This document shows positions 58,002-64,000 of a stretch of DNA of 64,000 nucleotides, one piece after another. Source of the DNA: Candidatus Puniceispirillaceae bacterium. GTDB taxonomy: Bacteria > Pseudomonadota > Alphaproteobacteria > Puniceispirillales > Puniceispirillaceae. The position numbers and the translations under genes were made by a program. Below the pieces are notes generated by a model, which had not been told where the DNA came from, made no database searches, and saw only the letters and a list, made by a program, of their open reading frames with translations. The stretch is taken from assembly GCA_049890215.1 (NCBI GenBank), contig JBMHBX010000067.1:116-64115 (forward strand). Reading direction: 5' to 3'. Numbering within the stretch: position 1 is the first letter of the stretch; each line of letters starts with the position of its first letter.

Positions 58002-59324
58002 ATGTCACATATCGTACATATCGGGGTTGGCAATTTTCATCGGGCCCATCAGGCAGATTATATTGCTAAGGCAAATGGGTGGACAATGTCAGCTGTGGTG
58101 ATGAGTAATGCCGGCCTTTTACAACATATGCAAAGATATGATTATCGCTACCTGCTTGGCATATGGGGTAATGACGGCTTGGATTGCCGCCTCATAGACG
58201 CCTATCAAAAGCTATATCTTGCAGGCCGGGATGAGGCTGAGATCATAGAAGACCTAGCGTCTGAGGCAACCAAGATTGTCACATTGACCATCACAGAAAA
58301 AGGCTATTTTCTGAATAAGTCACAAGATGGCTTGTCTTTGGTTTCAGCGCCTGTCAGCCATGATTTGCAATTCGATCATCCGCAAACGGCAATTGGTATG
58401 ATGGCCAAGGCGCTCCATTTGCGCGCTATGACGCATCAAGAGCCAGTATCTTTGCTAAGCTGTGATAATCTTGTGCAGAATGGCCAAAAATTACAGATGG
58501 TGCTCAGGCAATTTATGCATCACAAATATCCCGCCTGCCTGCCATGGTTTGATCTTCATGTCGCTTGTCCAAATGCCATGGTAGACAGAATCACTCCAAA
58601 GCCGGATAAACAGGCTATGACAGATATTTGTGCAAAAGCCGGTCTTGATGATTTCCCTGTGGTGGTAACAGAGGCTTTTTCAGAATGGGTCATTGAAGAT
58701 AAATTTGCCAATGACAGGCCGGAGCTTGAAAGATATGGCGTGGAATTCACCCCTGATGTAAGCGCTTTTGAAGATCGCAAATTGCGCATGCTGAACGCCG
58801 CACACTCTTATTTGGCTTATGCCGGCCTGTTATCAGGCTATCAATTTATCCATGAAGCGATGGCAGACAGGCGCCTCAACAGCCTTGTCAGTCGTCTTTG
58901 GGAAGAGGCAGTGCCAACATTGAAACAAGAGGCAGCGCGTTCATCTGATAGATATGCGGCTGCATTGCGGGCGCGATTTGCCGTGTCGGCAATGCGTCAT
59001 CAATGCGCGCAAATCGCCATAGATGGTAGTCTGAAGATGACACAGCGCCTTGTGCCAATTATCACAAACCGCCACTATTCTGCTTTATCATCACTTGCCT
59101 GCTATGAGGCGGTGGCTGCCTGGCTTGCTTATGTATATTATGTCCTGTCCTCAGGTGATCATCTGGATGACGGGCATGCAGATGATATAACAGCCATGTT
59201 TGACGCCTCAGACAGCAAAGCCCATTTTTGGTCAGCGCTTTTATCCTACATTCAGCTTGATAGCGCACATCATGCGCCGATTATTCAAAATGCTGCCACT
59301 CTATATGCCCAAAAACAAATCTGA
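58002..59324 (+). CDS. uxuB: Mannitol dehydrogenase family oxidoreductase, probably fructuronate reductase (D-mannonate oxidoreductase)
   Basis: It has the N-terminal HIGVGNFHRAHQA dinucleotide-binding motif of the mannitol dehydrogenase family and lies divergent to uxuA. Confidence 0.75.
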   Translation: MSHIVHIGVGNFHRAHQADYIAKANGWTMSAVVMSNAGLLQHMQRYDYRYLLGIWGNDGLDCRLIDAYQKLYLAGRDEAEIIEDLASEATKIVTLTITEKGYFLNKSQDGLSLVSAPVSHDLQFDHPQTAIGMMAKALHLRAMTHQEPVSLLSCDNLVQNGQKLQMVLRQFMHHKYPACLPWFDLHVACPNAMVDRITPKPDKQAMTDICAKAGLDDFPVVVTEAFSEWVIEDKFANDRPELERYGVEFTPDVSAFEDRKLRMLNAAHSYLAYAGLLSGYQFIHEAMADRRLNSLVSRLWEEAVPTLKQEAARSSDRYAAALRARFAVSAMRHQCAQIAIDGSLKMTQRLVPIITNRHYSALSSLACYEAVAAWLAYVYYVLSSGDHLDDGHADDITAMFDASDSKAHFWSALLSYIQLDSAHHAPIIQNAATLYAQKQI

Positions 59325-59594
59325 TTGCGCTTTTTGGCAGGGGTAAAGCTGATGATCAGTGCCCCTAACCAACTGGTACGTGGCTTGATAAAGTTCTGCG
59401 CAATCATGCCAATAAAGCGGACAAATAGCATCTCATTTGGTCCCTCCTGCCATGCCAGATAATACTATTGGTTCATCCATTCGCAGACTGGAAATTCTGT
59501 ATTATACGCATATAGTAAAATTTAATTTAGTTTTTATTAATTTTATTGTATAACCAAAATATTTACGAATTCATAAAAAAATAAGGTGGTCACA

Positions 59595-60131
59595 ATGAAA
59601 AACCTAACAATTGTAAAAAGCTCTGTAATTGCATTAGCGATGTTGTCAGCACCGGCTCTTGCGCAGGACTCAGCAGGTGTGCCGTCACTGGCAGATGTGA
59701 TGGGCGCTATGTCATCTGAAGAAGTAACACAGATGGAAGGCGGCGTTTCTGAAGAAGGCGCATTGTCTCTTGATATGGATGTCACCGTTGAATCAGCCGT
59801 GAATGAAGCTATCGAGGATGGTCTGATTACAGCTGATCAGGCAGAAGATGCCGCAGCGTCTCTTGAAATTATTCAGGCAAATGCTGACTTCTTCAATTTC
59901 GATATTCTTGATGCCATTGGTGAAGTGATTGAGAGCGGCGAATTCTCAGTAGAAGAAATCCGTCAGACTCTGGAAGGCTTCAACACATTGTCAGACGCTG
60001 GTAAGGCGCTTGTCGGTAACGAAGAATTTGATGCGACAGACGTAAGTGATGACTCACTTTTCAATCAGCTATCAGATGCTGATAAGCAAATCGTGCTAAC
60101 ACAGATGCCTGTTGTTGGTGACGACCAGTAA
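59595..60131 (+). CDS. Secreted, extremely acidic hypothetical protein (paralog A)
   Basis: AAGGTGG precedes the ATG at 59595. The signal peptide ends ALAQ. The mature part has about 37 Asp/Glu and 3 Lys/Arg by my count. It is clearly a paralog of the next gene. Confidence 0.7.
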   Translation: MKNLTIVKSSVIALAMLSAPALAQDSAGVPSLADVMGAMSSEEVTQMEGGVSEEGALSLDMDVTVESAVNEAIEDGLITADQAEDAAASLEIIQANADFFNFDILDAIGEVIESGEFSVEEIRQTLEGFNTLSDAGKALVGNEEFDATDVSDDSLFNQLSDADKQIVLTQMPVVGDDQ

Positions 60132-60162
60132 GATTATAGGAACATAACGAGAGGAGATCCCG

Positions 60163-60753
60163 ATGCGTAAATTCCTTATTACCGCTGCTGTTGCAGCATT
60201 CACATTGCCAATGGGCGCAATGGCACAAGACGCAGAAGTACCGGCTCTTGCAGATGTTGTAAGCGGTCTTGATGCGACTGAGCTTTCAGACATGGAAACA
60301 TCAGTAACCGATATTGGCTCTATTTCTGCCGATTTTGATGTTGCCATTGATACAGCAGTGGCAGATGCGATTGAAGAAGGTCTCATCTCTGCTGATGAGG
60401 CAACGGACGCAGCTGCCTCATTGAGCATTATTAGCGATAACGCCCAGTTCTTTGATTTCGACATCATCGAGGTGGTTGGTGAAATTATCCAGTCTGGTGA
60501 ATTTGATATTGCTGATATCCGTCAAACACTTGAAGGCTTTAACAGCTTGTCAGATGCTGACAAGGCAATTGTAGGCCAGCAATCATTTGACACCTATGGC
60601 GGTTATTACACATATGCCTGTGACCCAAGCTGTACCTCTCAGCAAATCGCAGACAGAGACCCAGCTGCAAAAGCGCAGTTTGATTCATTGTCAGATGCAG
60701 GTGAGACAATTGTCCTGACACAAATGCCATTGATACAAGACGAAGACGGCTAG
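60163..60753 (+). CDS. Secreted, extremely acidic hypothetical protein (paralog B, with a Tyr/Gly/Cys insertion)
   Basis: A GAGGAG RBS is present and the signal peptide ends AMAQ. It is roughly two-thirds identical to paralog A over a ~76-residue core by hand alignment. Confidence 0.7.
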   Translation: MRKFLITAAVAAFTLPMGAMAQDAEVPALADVVSGLDATELSDMETSVTDIGSISADFDVAIDTAVADAIEEGLISADEATDAAASLSIISDNAQFFDFDIIEVVGEIIQSGEFDIADIRQTLEGFNSLSDADKAIVGQQSFDTYGGYYTYACDPSCTSQQIADRDPAAKAQFDSLSDAGETIVLTQMPLIQDEDG

Positions 60754-60768
60754 GATCGCAAAAAAAAC

Positions 60769-60819
60769 GGGCAGGTACAAAGTCTGAGGCAATCCTACTG
60801 GTGCCTGCCCCCTTTTTTT
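60769..60819 (+). terminator. Hairpin + T7 between paralog B and the barrel gene (candidate attenuating terminator)
   Basis: A 10-bp stem GGGCAGGTAC/GTGCCTGCCC (one G-T pair) encloses a 22-nt loop and is followed by CC + TTTTTTT. Confidence 0.5.
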
Positions 60820-60843
60820 GGCTGAGAGATAAGGTATAAATTC

Positions 60844-62157
60844 ATGTCATATAATATTAAAGCTACCATCGTAGCTGCGTTTTTAATGTTGGCCGCGTTG
60901 CCAATGAGTGCATCAGCCCAATCTGTTTCAGATGCTGATGTTGCAAATCTGCGTGCTGAAGCACAAGATTTGTTGGTTGAAAAGCAGCCAGAAGAAGCAT
61001 TGCGCAAAATTGAACAGGTCATTATTGCAAGACCAACTGATTTGGCGGCACGTTTCTTCCGTGCGCAAATCCTTGTATCTCTGGGCCGCGGCGCCGAAAT
61101 CAGAGATGAATTGCAATTGATGACAACTTTGAACATCCCGGCAGCGGATAAAGAAAAGGCCCGTCAATTGGTTGCGGTCATTGACAAGGCAGGTCGCCGT
61201 TTTTCAGGTACCATCACCCTCAAGGCAGGCTTTGGTTACGGCAATAACGTAAACTCATGGCCAAATGGCGGTGAGACAACCAACTCAAGCGGTATTAACG
61301 CTGCGTTGGGTGACCCTGTCTATAAGAAATATGAGTCAATTGATGATACCATCAGACAAGCTTCTGTCTCATTCAGCGGCTCTTATCTCTTGTCAGAAGA
61401 TCGTAGCCTGAAGACAAATTTTGGCCTGACAACAAGCCAGAAAGAGGCAGGCGATACAGTGTCAATCGACAGCAAAGTTGTTTCAGCACGCCTTGGCCTG
61501 CAAAAAGACTTTGAGACAAACACAACTGTCAAGGTAAACGCCTCTACAACCTCTCTTGATCGTGTGAATGACAAAGACGGCACAGCGGTGACCTCAGACC
61601 TTGATTATGATATTTATGATTTAGATATCTCTCAAAAGGTATTCGGCTCAACAGCGATTGGTGCAAAATACGCAACAAATGCAAGCCGCAATTCAAAGAT
61701 TGCTAACGCCAAGAATTCAGATTCAAACACAAATACAACATCTGTTTATGTCGGTCGTCCGATTGGCGGGACAGCCTATGGCCGCTTGACCTATTCAATG
61801 GCAAAGGCACGCGCTGATCTGGCAAATGAGACTGCCAAGAAAAAGGTCAATAAAGACACCAATACCTTGTCAGCTCTTGTTGTGAAAGTGTTGCCAAATG
61901 ATCAAAGGATTATTGCGACAATCAGCTTTTCAGAGACAGAACATCTGAAAAAGAAGATCAGCAACAAAAACCGTCTTGATAAAAAGAGAAGTCTGACACT
62001 TAGCTATAACATCAAAGGTGATGCTTTATGGTCACGTCTTGAAGGGTTTGATTTCAGTGTCGATGGTTCCATGTCAGAGACAAAATCAAATCAGGCCTCA
62101 GCGCGTGTTCATGCGAAGACAATCATGTTGAACGTATCACGCAAATTTGATCTGTAA
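60844..62157 (+). CDS. Outer-membrane protein: N-terminal TPR-like helical domain + C-terminal beta-barrel (Slam/DUF560-like, tentative)
   Basis: The signal peptide ends ASAQ. Residues ~30-115 are helical and TPR-like. From ~120 to the end I count about 14 amphipathic alternating-residue segments, running from TITLKAGFGYG to AKTIMLNVSRKF. Confidence 0.6.
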   Translation: MSYNIKATIVAAFLMLAALPMSASAQSVSDADVANLRAEAQDLLVEKQPEEALRKIEQVIIARPTDLAARFFRAQILVSLGRGAEIRDELQLMTTLNIPAADKEKARQLVAVIDKAGRRFSGTITLKAGFGYGNNVNSWPNGGETTNSSGINAALGDPVYKKYESIDDTIRQASVSFSGSYLLSEDRSLKTNFGLTTSQKEAGDTVSIDSKVVSARLGLQKDFETNTTVKVNASTTSLDRVNDKDGTAVTSDLDYDIYDLDISQKVFGSTAIGAKYATNASRNSKIANAKNSDSNTNTTSVYVGRPIGGTAYGRLTYSMAKARADLANETAKKKVNKDTNTLSALVVKVLPNDQRIIATISFSETEHLKKKISNKNRLDKKRSLTLSYNIKGDALWSRLEGFDFSVDGSMSETKSNQASARVHAKTIMLNVSRKFDL

Positions 62158-62186
62158 CAGACAAGTCTTATATCCCATTTTCATGA

Positions 62187-62217
62187 AAACCCGCCTTGTT
62201 TTAGGCGGGTTTTTTTA
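62187..62217 (+). terminator. Rho-independent terminator after the barrel gene
   Basis: The stem ACCCGCC/GGCGGGT has an 8-nt loop and is followed by TTTTTT. Confidence 0.8.
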
Positions 62218-62347
62218 TGAGACCACCTCTTGTTCGGCTATCGCATGCCTTGTATAACCAGATGCCTGTCCGCAAGACATGACCAACAGGGCAGCTCATA
62301 ACACTCTTATCTGGCACAAGACTTAACCGAAAAAAGGGGATTTTAGC

Positions 62348-63184
62348 ATGGCACTGTCATCCACCTACAGAAAACAGATAGCAGCATTTGTGGAAAGCCG
62401 CGCGATGACAGCTTTTATCACAGCGCTGATTTTGGTGAACGCTGTCACACTTGGCATGGAGACAGATAAAGAGCTAAATGCCTCTTTTGGCAGTGCCTTA
62501 TATTGGGCTGATAAGGTGATATTGGTTATATTTACATTTGAGCTTACTTTGAAATTCATTGCCTATCGGTGGTCTTTTTTTCGCTCCGGATGGAATTTAT
62601 TTGATCTTGCGATTGTAACAATTGCCTGGCTGCCAACTTCGGGCGCCCTCACAGTGCTTCGTGCGCTTCGTATTTTGCGTGTTTTACGTCTCATTTCAGT
62701 TGTGCCACAAATGCGGCGCGTAGTGGCTGCGATTGGTCATTCTATACCTGGCATGGTTTCAGTCGTTGGTGTGCTTGGCCTGATATTTTATGTATCTGCC
62801 GTTCTGGCAACAAAGCTGTTTGGCACGCACCCTGACCCTCATATGCAGGAATGGTTTGGTACGATTAGCGCCTCTGCCTATACCTTGTTCCAGATCATGA
62901 CACTTGAAAGCTGGTCTATGGGCGTGGTGCGACCGACTATGTATTTATTTCCCTTTGCATGGGCTTTCTTTTTGCCCTTTATCATTGTGACAAGCTTTGC
63001 TGTGTTGAATTTTTTTATCGGCATTATTGTGGATTCTATGCAGATGGCGCAAAAGCTCGAAGCACAGGAAAGTGGTGATGATGATGATATGCCAATGACG
63101 AAAAAAGATTATCGTGATCTTGTGATGAGAATCGAACAGATTGCTTCACGCCAGTCAGACAAGCCGATTATCAAAGGTAAGTAA
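62348..63184 (+). CDS. Bacterial voltage-gated sodium channel (NaChBac/BacNav family, single 6-TM domain)
   Basis: S4 carries RALRILRVLR, with four Arg at every third position. The pore filter is FQIMTLESWSMGVVRP. A C-terminal coiled-coil-like tail is present. The protein is 278 aa. Confidence 0.9.
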   Translation: MALSSTYRKQIAAFVESRAMTAFITALILVNAVTLGMETDKELNASFGSALYWADKVILVIFTFELTLKFIAYRWSFFRSGWNLFDLAIVTIAWLPTSGALTVLRALRILRVLRLISVVPQMRRVVAAIGHSIPGMVSVVGVLGLIFYVSAVLATKLFGTHPDPHMQEWFGTISASAYTLFQIMTLESWSMGVVRPTMYLFPFAWAFFLPFIIVTSFAVLNFFIGIIVDSMQMAQKLEAQESGDDDDMPMTKKDYRDLVMRIEQIASRQSDKPIIKGK

Positions 63185-63194
63185 GCCTGCCTCG

Positions 63195-64000
63195 TCAGCT
63201 CATCTCATCTTCCAGATAGATTTTGATAATATCATGAAACTGGCTTTCTGCGGTAAAGCCAAGAGAAATTGCCTCATCTGGCTGAAAGCACCTTGGCCAG
63301 CCTTGGACAATGCGCATGATAGTTTCATCTGATTTGGGGATGATGCGCGATACCGCCTGTTCTCCTGCGATATCTCTTAATGCCTCTATTTGTTCTGCAA
63401 CCGTGCAGGATATACCCGGCATATTTAACGCGCGCCTTGCCTGTAACAAATTGGTATCAAGGCTGGCTGCATGCATGAAAAAACCAACGGCAGAACGCGG
63501 AGATGCATGCCAATGGCGCACCGTATCAGGCACTGGCAAAATCGCTGTCTGGCCATTTAAGGGCTCTCTGATAATGCCAGAAAAAAAGCTTGAAGCTGCA
63601 GCATTTGGCTTGCCGGGACGCACACATATTGTCGGCAGACGGATAGACAACCCATCTATAAAGCCTTTGCGCGCATAATCAGCCAGTAAAAGCTCCATCA
63701 TGGCCTTTTGCGCCCCGTAAGAGGTTTGAGGTGCTGTCAGAAAGCTGTCATCTATTGTTTGGGGAAAAGGCGGCCCAAAGACCGCAATGGATGATGCGAA
63801 AATCACACGTGGGCGATAATGCCCGTCTTTTGCCTCATGACGCTTTTTTAGGGCCTCAAAAAGCTGCCATCCGCCTCCCATATTCATGCGCCACCCTTTG
63901 TTGAAATCAGCTTCAGCCTCTCCTGATACAACAGATGCCAGATGAAAAATAATATCTGCCTCTTCGCTTGCCAGCTTGTCTGTGATGTCTCTATCTGCAA
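63195..64000 (-). CDS. NAD-dependent epimerase/dehydratase (extended SDR) family protein, partial. The N-terminus lies beyond the window end.
   Basis: The frame stays open upstream of the listed Met to the window edge (..ADIIFHLASVVSGEAEADFNKGWRMN..), which is typical of the extended-SDR core. It is possibly D-erythronate dehydrogenase-like, which I cannot verify. Confidence 0.7.
   Translation of the reverse strand, partial: ADRDITDKLASEEADIIFHLASVVSGEAEADFNKGWRMNMGGGWQLFEALKKRHEAKDGHYRPRVIFASSIAVFGPPFPQTIDDSFLTAPQTSYGAQKAMMELLLADYARKGFIDGLSIRLPTICVRPGKPNAAASSFFSGIIREPLNGQTAILPVPDTVRHWHASPRSAVGFFMHAASLDTNLLQARRALNMPGISCTVAEQIEALRDIAGEQAVSRIIPKSDETIMRIVQGWPRCFQPDEAISLGFTAESQFHDIIKIYLEDEMS

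Noticed and set aside
59282-59431. A 49-codon - strand ORF (MLFVRFIGMIAQNFIKPRTSW...) downstream of uxuB, considered as a possible transposase remnant.
   Set aside because: It overlaps the uxuB 3' end by 43 nt. It has no RBS and no recognisable transposase motif, and there are no flanking inverted repeats.
60795-61167. - strand ORFs of 113 and 79 aa overlapping the start of the barrel gene.
   Set aside because: They lie opposite an ORF with a clear signal peptide and barrel patterning, and they span the upstream terminator hairpin. These are shadow ORFs.

Overview
This 64-kb window is bacterial chromosome that is almost entirely coding. Gene content and order look alphaproteobacterial. That is an inference from an rpoH with a RpoH box, an FtsZ with a very long C-terminal linker, the order ftsZ-lpxC-bamD-recN-ligA, an alpha-type SerC and a type-A RNase P RNA. 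GC looks moderate by eye and was not computed.

Left third (+ strand): tolA (partial)-tolB-pal-cpoB, tilS-ftsH-folP-glmM, serC-serA and hisZ-purA.

Middle: rpoH, rluD, ettA, mlaA-mlaC, uvrD, prmA and pepP.

From 51.0 kb down to 26.9 kb on the - strand there is one uninterrupted co-directional block: mraZ-rsmH-ftsL-ftsI-murE-murF-mraY-murD-ftsW-murG-murC-murB-ddl-ftsQ-ftsA-ftsZ-lpxC-bamD-recN-ligA. It is preceded by rnpB (RNase P RNA) and by a phased ATGGG repeat array that looks like a MraZ operator.

The right end (53.6-64 kb) is the only accessory-looking part. It holds an ABC-F (Uup-like) gene, a DjlA-like gene, a TusA-like gene, an acyltransferase, DUF2237, a structured intergenic region with its own terminator (candidate sRNA) and divergent uxuA/uxuB. 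After these comes a three-gene module, a NaChBac-type voltage-gated sodium channel and a partial SDR epimerase.

The three-gene module is my best candidate for something undescribed. It consists of two tandem, extremely acidic, signal-peptide-bearing paralogs of no family I recognise, followed by a TPR + ~14-strand beta-barrel outer-membrane protein. I read this as Slam/DUF560 (type-XI-like) translocon architecture with a non-canonical cargo type.

I saw no transposases, integrases, CRISPR arrays, tRNA genes or rRNA genes. All family assignments come from motif recognition by eye. No searches were run, and RNA and regulatory coordinates are approximate.
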